From contig OZ287754.1 of assembly GCA_965649765.1 (NCBI GenBank), forward strand, positions 37,944,001 to 38,008,000: a stretch of 64,000 nt of DNA, in the 5' to 3' direction. The position numbers were made by a program, and so were the translations under genes. The notes beneath the pieces were generated by a model that made no database searches, was not told the origin of the DNA, and saw only the letters and a program-made list of their open reading frames with translations. Of this stretch, positions 28,301 to 40,300 are shown piece by piece. This DNA comes from Bispira polyomma (taxonomy: Eukaryota). How positions within the stretch are numbered: position 1 is the first letter of the stretch; every line of letters starts with the position of its first letter.

Positions 28301-31300
28301 TGATTAACATTACACACTGTTACATATATATACACAATAAATACATAGTTAACATAGTTTAACTTATGTTGTATTTGCATAATGGTTGTGTGGTGTTATG
28401 CTTAATTTCTAAGTGCTGTTTAATTATTTTCACCTGGTTTTAATGTGGGGAACTTGGTTTTCATGTTGTGATGATGCTGTTGTAATGGTGGTGTGGTTTT
28501 GATTGTATGGATCATTAATGCTGAGCATTTTCATCTCACTGGAGATATGGTAGTAGTTGAATGCTCATCAATGCTGAGGATTTTCATCTCGCTGGAGATA
28601 TTGCTGTGTTTGAATTATGGTGGTGCTGACCGTCATTAAAGGTGGAGAGTGTTATATGAAGCAAGCCACTGTGTTTGGGTTGACATTACAAGCTGGACAT
28701 TAAATTACAGTGAATTTGAACATTACATTCAGCATTGAAATGCTGCATTTTGTTGATAAATATATTTCTTTGTGTGTTTTGGGTAGACATATGTGATATG
28801 TGTTGTGTCATTTGATTGATGTGCATGTATATATATATATATGTGGTGTGGTTGTGTATATATATGTAAATGAGGGATGTGTTTGTGTTTTGAAACATGC
28901 ATATATATATATATATATTTCATGATCACTCTATTTTAAAGTGTATTATAAAGACCGGAAGTGCGCATCGACCACAAAAGCCGTCAATGCGCAATTCGTA
29001 ACCGTACTTTATCTGGGAGAATAGATCACGCATAAATAGTTCCGTCAGTAGCTACAAAAATAGTTAACAGTGAGTTGGAAATATCTCAGTGCCCTACCCA
29101 AGTAAACTTGTATATGTGGTGTAACACAGGAAAATAACAAGAAAGGAGGTTTTGGGGAGATTAGCTTTAATTTTACTATGTTATCACTAATAATTATTTA
29201 CATACTGTGTAGTAAGGGGCCACCTTAGCCCCAAGAGTTTAGGAGAAGTTAAGAGTTTAAGGTGACCTTAGCCTGAGGACAACAGGCCAAAGTGACCAAA
29301 GGGATTTTTAAAATTTAAGGGGGGGGGGCCCTAGCTTGAAAGTTAGGGCTCCCTAAGATTGAGTTTAAGGTTAAGGGTAGCCCCAGCTTGGAAGTCAGGG
29401 TTACCAAAGATTGAAATTTTTAAGGTTGAATTTAGGGGTACCCTAACTTGAAGTTAGGGTACCCTTAGAATGAGTTTAAATGTAAGAAAAATGGTAACCT
29501 TAGATTTTATTTGAGGTTGCCAAAAGAGATTTAGTAAAGATGTAAAAGGATTAAATTAGTATAAGGTAAGGTGGCCCCAAAATATTTATATTTAAGCATT
29601 ATTATATTTTATTTGTATATAATGTATGTAAATAAAGCCCCCAAAAAGGGTAAAATCGAAGTTAAAAACCATGGTACTAGCTAATAGACTAAAAACTGTG
29701 CTGCTCACTAATAAAGTCCATGAGAGTAGCAAAAACTCACTAGACCTTAAACCCCTAGCATATACAATTACCATGGCTTACAGAGAACATGCATACAGAC
29801 ATGAGCAAAATATAAATCGAGTAGCTGTTGTCTTCCAGGAGGGCAGTGCTTGCTTGCATAGAGTTCATTCCTGACTGAGCCACAAGAGATCCATGAATCC
29901 CGTATGCCTGAAACTACATGCTTACAGTTCAACATGTGATCACAAAGCTACCAAATGCACCTGCACACAACATGATGTGCAATGCATTGTAACGTTATAC
30001 TAGCAACCACACCGGTTGCGAAATACAAACATTTTACAAGTCCAGTCCTCGTTGTAACGAGGAACAACATTATTAGTTATACTTTACATGCTACTATAAC
30101 AACAAAAAGGATGCCACTTCACATACTGTATACGTATAAATCATGCTGCCTGACGCAGGATATTTGACAACATTATCAATTTGATATACAACAAAGGGAA
30201 CACCCTGAAGACAATAAAGTAACGTACAATTGATAACAACAAAAGGAGACGCAACCTCAGCAGCAAGCAGCTACCTACAAGAAAGTGTTGGCCCCTAAGG
30301 GCCCTGGTGTTACCCAGAAAATATGGGAGATAAGTCACCTGAGGCCCCAGAAGGCCCCCAAGGGCGAGGAACTGTGAAGGCCAGCAGTAATGCATAACTC
30401 GTGGGCCCACAGCCCCGAGCCCCCACCCCCCTGCGCCAAGGTGTAAAGTGAGACTTCAGGAACCCCAGGGACTGCATGCAGCACTCCAGGGACGGACGCA
30501 TAGCTGAAAACTACCGAGGAAGTAGTAGGGGCAAGTGGGTGGGTAATGTAAAATATTAAAGATGGCGTTGTTGCCTACATGACTTCAAAAGTATAAGTGA
30601 GGATTCTAGCTAAAAAGCGGGAAACAGAGGTTAATTAGTACACAAATAGCCAATTAGGAGAGGGTTTAAAGGGCATGAACCCAAGGAGAGAAAATACTAG
30701 TAGCACTGAACTTGCTATCCCCTACGGTGCTACCCCGCACAGTGCCCTACCCAAGTAAACTTGTATATGTGGTGTAACACAGGAAAATAACAAGAAAGGA
30801 GGTTTTGGGGAGATTAGCTTTAATTTTACTATGTTATCACTAATAATTATTTACATACTGTGTAGTAAGGGGCCACCTTAGCCCCAAGAGTTTAGGAGAA
30901 GTTAAGAGTTTAAGGTGACCTTAGCCTGAGGACAACAGGCCAAAGTGACCAAAGGGATTTTTAAAATTTAAGGGGGGGGGCCCTAGCTTGAAAGTTAGGG
31001 CTCCCTAAGATTGAGTTTAAGGTTAAGGGTAGCCCCAACTTGGAAGTCAGGGTTACCAAAGATTGAAATTTTTAAGGTTGAATTTAGGGGTACCCTAACT
31101 TGAAGTTAGGGTACCCTTAGAATGAGTTTAAATTTAAGAAAAATGGTAACCTTAGATTTTATTTGAGGTTGCCAAAAGAGATTTAGTAAAGATGTAAAAG
31201 GATTAAATTAGTATAAGGTAAGGTGGCCCCAAAATATTTATATTTAAGCATTATTATATTTTATTTGTATATAATGTATGTAAATAAAGCCCCAAAGCCC

Positions 31301-34300
31301 AACTAGGAAGTAGTAGAAGGGGCAAGGAGGGCCTTGAAGGTGAGGGCGACTTGGTCAGATGCATTGTGATTCTGTACAATATATTTCCACACACAATCAG
31401 ACGTCCAAGTGCCATGGCTCTGGATATCTTGAATTGGGACATTATTGTTGAAGGCCCAGGTGGCACCTGAACGCCTGAAGGTGTGGAAAGAAATGTTAGA
31501 TTGCTGGAGGCCAAGACGTCTCAAAATTTGGGTGAGATTTTGCCTAGCTTGGGTGTCAATCATTGGAGACCATTTATGGTGTTTTTTAAACTGAAAGAGA
31601 GGAGAATTTTTGTGTCCAGGAGTAATAGCCAGCAAGGCCCTTGTGGCAGCCACCGGACAGAGACTAGAGCCACTTAGGCTCGGTATTTTAATAACTTTTG
31701 CTACATTTTTTGACTGCATTGTTTTAGACCACTTTATTATGAGGTGGAGGCCAGGGGAGGCAAAAAGTACGTCCCCCCGGGCCAATTGGACTAGTGGAGA
31801 GAATTGAGAGACAGCATGTGGAAGTAAGTTAGATATTCTAAGAAAAGAAAAGAAGGCAATGAGGTACAGAGCCTTGAAGATCTGCCCCATGTACATGCTG
31901 TCACAGATTTGAGTAATTTGGAGCAAGAGGGGAATGTCAATAATAGCGTTAATTTTAGCCCTGAAGGGGCTATTGAGTGTAAGAGCTTTTTGGTAATACT
32001 TAATTCTAGGATCTGCAAATGCAGAGACGTCAAGGCCATAGAGGGCCAATTTAGCTTTAACTGCCGAAAGGTAGTTTGCAATGGAGGGGGAAGAGACCTG
32101 ATTAACCACTAATACTTCTAAGAAAGCCAATATAATAAGGGGGGAGATATTTTGAGGCCTGACCTGAGCAAAACTACAATAGGCCAAGAATATCCTAAAC
32201 ATATTTGTATAGGCCCTTTCAGTGGCTGGTCTAAAGGCCTGATGGGCTCTGTATGAGGCTTGTGTAGCAATCTTTCTTAGCTTGGAAGGTACATCTGCAA
32301 TTAGATAGACCAATCTATTTCTAACATTGTGTCTTTTACTGTTACCCATTTGGGATTCGGTACCAGTTGTAGTAACTTGTCCTTATTACTGGCCGTGATC
32401 TGCCATCTGGAGAGGAGATCAGCCACTGTATTAAGTCTACCTAAAATGTGAATGGTTTTGAGACTGATGTCATGGGAGGCTACGGCCATGAAGATGTTTC
32501 TGGCAATAGCTGCCAAAGTGAGGTCTTTAGTTTTGCCTGAATTTAGGATAGTGACCACGGCAGCATTGTCGCATTGCAATATTAGCCTCTTACCTGCCCA
32601 GGCTGACTTCCATAGCCTAATGGCAACTAGGATGTTTAACATTTCCAGATGAACTATCGTGAAATCTAGGTAGCCTAGAGGAATTTGGAATTGGTATACT
32701 TCATCATTACAACGGCCTCCCAACCCTTGGAGGCACGCATCCAACTGAATACAATCGGTAGTGGGTTTGTGTTCAAAGAAGGCTTTTCCATTAAATGTTG
32801 GTAAAAAATTTTTAAACCAATTTACATCCTGATGAAACTCAGGTGTGAGTTTTACTTTTTGATCCGAGCCTACAGATCTTAGGACGTCAAGCATTCGGTT
32901 TAAGAAAGCACGTGAAACTCGAACACATTTGGATACATATAACAATTTACCTAGCAGTGACTGCAACTCCCTCTTACTGCAGCAGTGTCTTAATTGCCAG
33001 TCTTGCACAAGTGTGTTTATTTCTAGTAGCTTTTTATCTGGCAATGAGATTGTCAAGTCATTTGTGTTAACTAAGACCCCCAGACACGTTACTGACGTGC
33101 TGGGGTGAACAAGTTTCTTGTGACTAATCGCAAAGCCTAGTTCCTGGAGTAAGTTTAGCAATATATCAAATGAACGTTTACTTTCTATGACGTCACCATA
33201 GCCGATTACGTCGTCGATATAATTGGTGACGTCATGTCCGTGACGTTTCATGATGTACCTGACGGCGTCACTTAATCGCTGAAAAATTGCGCTCCCGTGC
33301 CGAAAACCAAATGGGAGGCAAGAGTCGACATAGTATTTGTCTAATTTCAAGCCTAGTAGATTGTAATCGGCTGGATCCATTTTCACGTGACGAAATGCCC
33401 GACTTACGTCAATTTTATATAGGAGCGTTCCACGTCCCATGCGACAGATTTTGTTTGTAATTGTGTCAATTGTGGGAAGGGTTAATGCAAACGCAGTACC
33501 GAGATACTTATCCTTGACTACAGCCGAGTTCACAGAGTTGCCATGAGGAAAGCTTAAATCTATGATAACGCGCCTGTGTGCGGCACCTGGTTTTTCCCTA
33601 GTCATAAAGGGAGAAATATGGAGGTTTTTTATGGGGGAGTTGTTTATCCCAGTAGTCAGTCAAGTACCTTTCCCATACATCTGGGTTCAACTCAGATTTC
33701 AATTGAACTTGTGCCCCCATATAATTTGGGTAGTTGTCCTTCTTAATGTGAGTGTGTAATTCTAACAGAGACTTATCCGACTTTACTCGTTTATCCGTTT
33801 GGGGAACTCGGAGGTCATTTAGCGGAATAAACCCATACTTATCTGTAGTTTGAGTATCCCATTGCTGGAACTGAGGCTGGTTGGAAGCCTGTTTTATAAG
33901 TTCCCTGTTTTTCGATTTAGTTTGTAGCTCTAGGTCATATTTGTCTGATTTTATTCCCCCAGTAGCTCGAGAGAGTCTTTTAAAACCTTGACCTTGGTTA
34001 CAAGTATCTGGTAAATGTGTGACAGAGTTGTCACTAGTGTGCATATAATGGTCATTGTCACTCAACGGGGAAAACCTATTGTGAGTGGAAACGGGCCATT
34101 TGCCCTGAATGTCTAATTTTGTGATTTCCAGCTTTTGGCCAAATTGATCACCTTTTGTTGGAGGGAGTTTACCCATTTTTGACATTACATTATGCCTCTG
34201 TACACTTGTGAAAGGGGAAGCATCTTTTGTGAAAGTTTTAACACTCACTCTGTGGCCCCGTTCATGCTTTGTGGACCCCTCTGAAATTTGGTTGTTATTT

Positions 34301-37300
34301 ACACATGGTGAACATTTAACGTGGTGACTTTGCCACCTCTGAGTGACATTGGCACTTTGTACAGAAAACTTTATGGCAGCAGACCTGGAGGGAGCCTTTC
34401 TTTTAACCACATCAGCATAAGATCTATTTACAAATTTGGCCCAATCTGCCCTCCAATGTGTAGTGCCAGTATTACATTTAAGACTATTATACACGGTTCT
34501 ACTAGGACAACCTTTAGAAATATTTACAACTTTTTGTGCAAGTTTTTTCTTGACCACCTCTTGTGTGGAGGAAACATGGGGTGGCACTGCATCACTGCAG
34601 TGCCTTACTCGTTTTTTAACGGATATTTTTTACAGTCTTTTGCAGGGTGGGGGTAAGACCTCCCATTTTGAAAGCATTGGTTACACACATGACTATATGA
34701 CACACCTTTGAATTCGTGATCCCCTTTTTGGGGGCAAGTACCCCTCTGGAAGTACCTACATGGGATGGACTTCTCATGACTTTTCCTGGTGTTGGTTTGA
34801 TAATTACTACTTGCAGTGTGGCTGACAACCCTTTGGGCATGAGCCCGTCTAATCCTGTCCAACTTGTGGGCATCTCCCCAGGTTACCTTACCCTCTTCCA
34901 TTTTACAGAGTACAACGGCATGGCTAGCCTTAGCCGAAGTCCAGGAAAATTCATGAGCGTCCTCCATGAGGTCAGTGAGATAGTCCAACATTTGGTTTTT
35001 AACGTCTAAATTACTTTCATCTCTAGCTATGCTGGCAAAACCAGAGACCCACTGGGCCATTGACGCGTCATACGTAACTCGTGTTTTGTTTTGTCCCCCT
35101 AGTATAACGTTCTGAGGCCAAGCCACCTTATTCTTCACCCACAGAGTGTCGGGACCCCCTCTTTGAGATTTTGACGTACCTGACTCGTTAATGGACACCA
35201 ATTCCTTAAGACGTGAATCCACTGCAGTCTGTAGGGAGTCGGATGTACGCAGTGTGTGTAGCGTCGGGACCAGTAGCTCAGAAGTGGTTTGGTCCGCCTG
35301 TCTAGGTTGGGCTGCACTCCCCGGGCTCGACGCCGTCAAAGCCTGGGCTCCATGTGAACTGCGATAAACTTGCTGCTCAACTTGGGTCATACGCCCACTT
35401 AATGCTTTGAGTTCAGTCAAAATTTGTAAATTTACGTCGGCAGCAGTTACACCATCGCCAGTCACAGAGTTCTGCTGGGAGGTTCCCACACCGGTATGCA
35501 TTTTACAGTTTTCGTCAACGGGCTTAACATGACTAGTATCACACTTGTGACAGTAATATTGTTTCCTTGGGGCCATAGCCTCTGAATAATATAAGAACTC
35601 GTGGCTTTGATACCTGCAACTATACTAAAGGAACTGTAACGCTATAATCTGATTTGAATTATGTAATCAGGCAAATAGCCGTGAATTGGATGCAATATAA
35701 TTGATTTGACCACGTTCCTTTACCACCGCTCAAACGAGCATATAATCGCAGGACTCAAAGTAGAGTAAAACACAGGAATCCAGCACAAGCACTGCAGATC
35801 AGTTCCTCCTTAGTGTGTAGCACCACTTAGTGAATCATTTGTTGCATTTCTTGTTTCCATCACACAGATAATAAAATCAGTGAAGTAAAAATAAAACACA
35901 TAAAAGTAAAATAATGTAAAATATTAAAGATGGCGTTGTTGCCTACATGACTTCAAAAGTATAAGTGAGGATTCTAGCTAAAAAGCGGGAAACAGAGGTT
36001 AATTAGTACACAAATAGCCAATTAGGAGAGGGTTTAAAGGGCATGAACCCAAGGAGAGAAAATACTAGTAGCACTGAACTTGCTATCACCTACGGTGCTA
36101 CCCCGCATATTATTTGCTTTAAAATATATTATTGTCAGTCTTTATAATAGAAATAAAGTACACGGGCTTGTACTTTATTGGCGAATCAAGGACAGCCTTC
36201 CAGCATAATGGACTCGGGCCTACCGGCCCTCGTATATTCGCCAATAAAGTACTCGCCCTTGAACTTTATTTCTACATTAATTCAGAGTGTGTATCATTTA
36301 CTGTAGGAGCCTCATTCTGGCCCTGTGACAAAGACCCATGAGCTAGCCTGAATATATCATCTTGGTACATTATTGGTACTACCATCTGATGTAGTATTGA
36401 CCAGTTCTCAGATGTAAGGACATTTTGCAGCCTCCACTTTTGCATAAGCACACCATTTTTGTGTGCCTAAAATTATGTGAAGGACTTCATATTGAAACCA
36501 TTTTAGATAGGAAACTTAGATAGTTTTAAAACATATTCCAAAGATGCATTGCCAATGGCCATCATTCAATTCTATATTTAAATCTTCATGCCATATTCTT
36601 TTCGATTCCATTTGAAGCAGAGATAATCAGTTCTTTCCAGAACTCATTTGATGTCATATTACTTTAATATTTACACCATTGTATCCCCAATTTAGAAATT
36701 TTTGAAACTTAAGAGTTTTCTCAAAAAAGATAAGTCAGTAAGAGGATTTCGTTTTTAAAATTCTTTTCATCCAAGACAGTTTTAAAGAGTAAATGAAATT
36801 TTCCAAATTAACCATTCTCAGTCCGCCTTCTTGATAATCTTGTGTAAGGTAGATACGTTTGATTTTGTCTGGTTTATCTCCCCACAGGAAGAAAAACAAT
36901 AGTTTGTTAATGTCTTAAATAAATTTTTTATTTGGTGATGAAATAACTGAAAACAGATGATTAAATTTAGAAAGAATGAAAGTTTTGATAATTGTGATTT
37001 TTCCAAGAGGAGTCAAGTTCCTTTTTTTCTAATTAATTGGCAGTTTCTTTGACCTTTCTAAAGCAATTGTGTAGTTTGTATTACCTATTTTTGCTAAATC
37101 CACTGAAAATATTATTCCCAACAGGTCAAAATGAGTAGTACCCCAATCCAATTTGAATTCTTCTAGATCAACTGTTATTCCCATACTTTCAATATTTTGA
37201 TTAATTAGATAGACTAAAATTTGACCACATATAAGAAACAGATATGGGACCATGGGGTCCTCTTTCAATTTTTATGAATTCAGACTTTATGCCAACTTGT

Positions 37301-40300
37301 ACAACAGATGCCGCCTGTATATTAGTGTTCAAAATTTTGATCCACCAAATAAAGCTTTTCTCAAAACCAAGGAACTTCAAAACGTTATATAGAAATTTCC
37401 ACAAAACTGAATCAAAGACTTTCTCGGAGTCAATTAACATCGATTTTTTCTTTACTTCAACGTGATTCATTATATCGTATATTAATTGAGTTGATTCACC
37501 AATACAACAACCTTATATAAATCCAGTTTGAGTTTCACAAATTATAGAATGAAGAACCATTTTTAGCCTGTTAGCAATGACGCTAGATGCAAGTTTATAT
37601 AATACACATAATAATGAGTTATGACGCCAGTGTTTTAAAAATTCTCTTGGCTTATCACCCTTTGGGATGCAATTATTTAGTGCCTGACGAACTGTTATTG
37701 ACATTTTTCCCTTTCTGTAGCTATTGTTAAGAGCATCAAGTATCAAAAAATTTAATCTGCATCAAAAAACTTTGAAAACCATCAATGCCAGGGGTTTTGT
37801 TATATTTCAATTTTTGTTGAGCGTTATTAAGTTCATTTGGCATTATTGGTCCTTCAAGTGTTAATGACTCAGAATGTGTTAATCTATTTACAGGTTCATT
37901 CTTTAAAAGTTCAGAAAGGTTTACCTCTGTTATTTGATCCAACTCACTGGGCTTACAATCAGTACACTTTAGAGCAAAAACAAGATCTGAGTCTAGTCCA
38001 TTACTACCATAACAGAGACCTGGAATGCAAAGGCAGATATGGCTGTGATTATACACAGTACATTGAAAAACTTATTGATGACATTTTTGATAATGGTGAT
38101 CCAACTGGGGTCGATAATAATACAACCAGGTTGGACACCACTGCTAGAGTCGGGCGACCAAGACAGTGAATATTTTGCTAGATTGATTGACAACCACAAG
38201 AGGTACAACTCCTCTACAAAAAGTAAGGCTACTGACATTTATGACAACACTAAAGATGTGAGTTTTAATAAGTTATCAAATACAGATTTTGAATTTATTG
38301 GCCTGATAGGGAACCAATTGCAATTACTACTGTTGATAATATGCTAGAAATAGGTAAAACCATTAGAAACACAGTTGTTCCCAATTTTAGGGCCGCTAGA
38401 ATTCCACTTAGTTATGGCCTCAATGTTACGACTTGGGAAGACTTCCTTAAGGGCCACCATCATAAGATCTCATTGCAATACCCTAAATTTGGTTTTCCCG
38501 TCTCGCTTGAAAACCCACAACTACTTAATAATTGTGAAACAAGTCAAACAATCATCACTGTGCTATGCAATATCCCTAGGAGGTTAACAAATACTTGAAA
38601 AGGAAAAGTCTAAGAGTGTCACATTGGGCCCAGTTCCAAAAATTACATATACACATTTCCACACTTCTCTACTAACTAGACCTAAGGACATTGACAAGCG
38701 TAGAATTATTCTCAACTTATCCTATCCTCATGACCTTTCTTCAAACAGTCAGGTTCATAGTAATACTTTTAACAAAACTAAGTTTGCCCTTAGATTTTCT
38801 ACTATCCTACAGCAATGAGAAATACTAAGAAACCAGTTACATTCAAAACATATGTTTCCCGTGCCTTTAGAAATCTCAGGTAGATCCTGCTGATGCGATC
38901 GAATTGGGCATAAATTGGAACAATTATTCTTACGTCGATGCTTCCGTAGCATTCGGCTGGGCGCACAGTAGCGCAGCGTTTCAGCTTTGCTCAGACATTG
39001 TAGCTAATAATATGAATTCACAGGTCTATACACTCTTTTGTTACATCGATGATTATGCTTGTGTTTGTACAAAAGATAAAGCTGAGAAAGGCTATGGCCT
39101 ACTTCATGACATACTTCTGAAGCTGGGGATACCCTATAAAAATGAAAAATCTGTCCCCCCTGATACTTTCACTATATTCCTAGGCATAGACATTGACATT
39201 GAAAAGGGTACCATTAGTATCAACCAAGAAAATATCAACCAAATTTACCAAGAACTACAGAATATTAGTGATAAATCCTGGGTATCAAGGACTAAAAACC
39301 AGTCCATGTTAGGAAAACTCCTTTATGTGCACAAATGTGTTCGTCCTGCCAAAATTTTCATAAACAGACTCCTGGCTGTATTTAGGGACAACCCTCATGC
39401 TAAGAGATTTAAAATCACTCACAACATAAGACAAGATATTGCTTGGTTCATATCTTTTCTTCCTTATATAACGGTATCACATATATTGCACCTAGGGACA
39501 TCAATTACTTACAAGAATTTCATCTAGTTGCCTGCCTGACGGGTTTTGGCGCCATTGGAACAAGGAAGTGTATGCTACTACCATACATAATATCTACAAG
39601 CAATCACTCAACTGGAAATGTTTAACATCATCATAGCGTTAAAGTTATGGGATAAGAACTGGGCTCACCAGAAAATCACAATATGGTGTGACAATCTGGC
39701 TGTGGTGTTAGTTGTTGACACTAATAAGACTAAGGATTCCTTTCTGGCTATGTGTATTAGGAACATATGGCTGTTAGTCTCTACTTATCACGCATTTACT
39801 CTGCTAACCCTCCCAATGCAAGCATAATAAAAGAATTAAAAGACCACCACTGAAGACATACCTTTAACCCAAACTATATTATATAATCACAGGTGCAGCA
39901 CCATCCACCATTCCCCTGGTCTTGGCAGCTGTACAGCGACTTGACACAGCACTCAGGCCGTCCACCACCAGTGCTTATAACTCACAGTTTAAGAATTATC
40001 TAGCTTTCTTACACTATCCAGGCCTACAGCAGGTCTCAGTACACTCTGTTCTAGCATTTCTAAACTCGAAACAGTATTTCTACTCGAGTAATGAACAATC
40101 ATGTGGCTATGTTCCTTAACTTTAAACCCCAGAAAAAAGGGATTTTTGACAAACAGTTACTTTAAAATATATTAAGGAATTGCTCTATCTTGAACGACCC
40201 TTATTGTATGGGGCTGTATTTCTTGTAGCATTCTTCGACTTTTTAAGAATGTCGAAAATCGCCCCTCACTCTAGAAGCAAATTTGATCACACAGACATCT

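Larger units (their letters stand above)
29087..36107 (-). mobile_element. Ngaro-like tyrosine-recombinase retrotransposon B, split direct repeats, internal deletion in pol
   Basis: A1 35912-36107 matches A2 30544-30739 (196 bp, one mismatch seen); B1 30740-31293 matches B2 29087-29641 (about 555 bp, a few differences). Gag, RT/RH and YR present; no TSD. Confidence 0.93.
28949..36274. mobile_element. Small non-coding palindromic element (about 305 bp: 28949-29086 plus 36108-36274) in the G2 3' LTR, split by Ngaro B; possibly a Crypton-type non-autonomous element
   Basis: Absent from the 5' LTR. Right end has 39-bp inverted arms (36148-36186 and 36236-36274, 35/39 matches). Left end has an imperfect palindrome ataaagac...gtactttat (28948-29012). 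Confidence 0.6.
15284..36330 (+). mobile_element. Gmr1-type Gypsy LTR retrotransposon G2 (decayed), host of Ngaro A and B
   Basis: TGTCAC...GTGACA LTR termini; TSD gagac (15279-15283) / aagac (36331-36335). Gag from ATG 17400, CCHC knuckle [14 protein letters not shown] at about 25122, protease LRDTGCS at about 25550, IN HHCC at about 26160-26280, IN C-terminus QWKGPF at about 26495, RT at 26654-27400, RNase H at 27289-27855. Confidence 0.92.
27972..36330 (+). repeat. 3' LTR of G2, split into 27972-28948 and 36275-36330 by a 7.3-kb insertion
   Basis: Similarity to the 5' LTR stops after tttaaagtgtatta and resumes at cat(t/g)aattcagagtgtgtatcattta. Confidence 0.88.

Noticed and set aside
33624-33630. 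Second AAAAAAC run as a programmed frameshift joining the two pol ORFs of Ngaro B
   Set aside because: The required shift is +1 rather than -1, and a conserved RT block is missing here, so a deletion explains it.
18152-36107. Classification of A and B as DIRS1-like, or as phage/prokaryotic integrase-RT systems
   Set aside because: Both have split direct repeats, no terminal inverted repeats or methyltransferase, zinc-finger gag genes, and sit in a spliceosomal intron.
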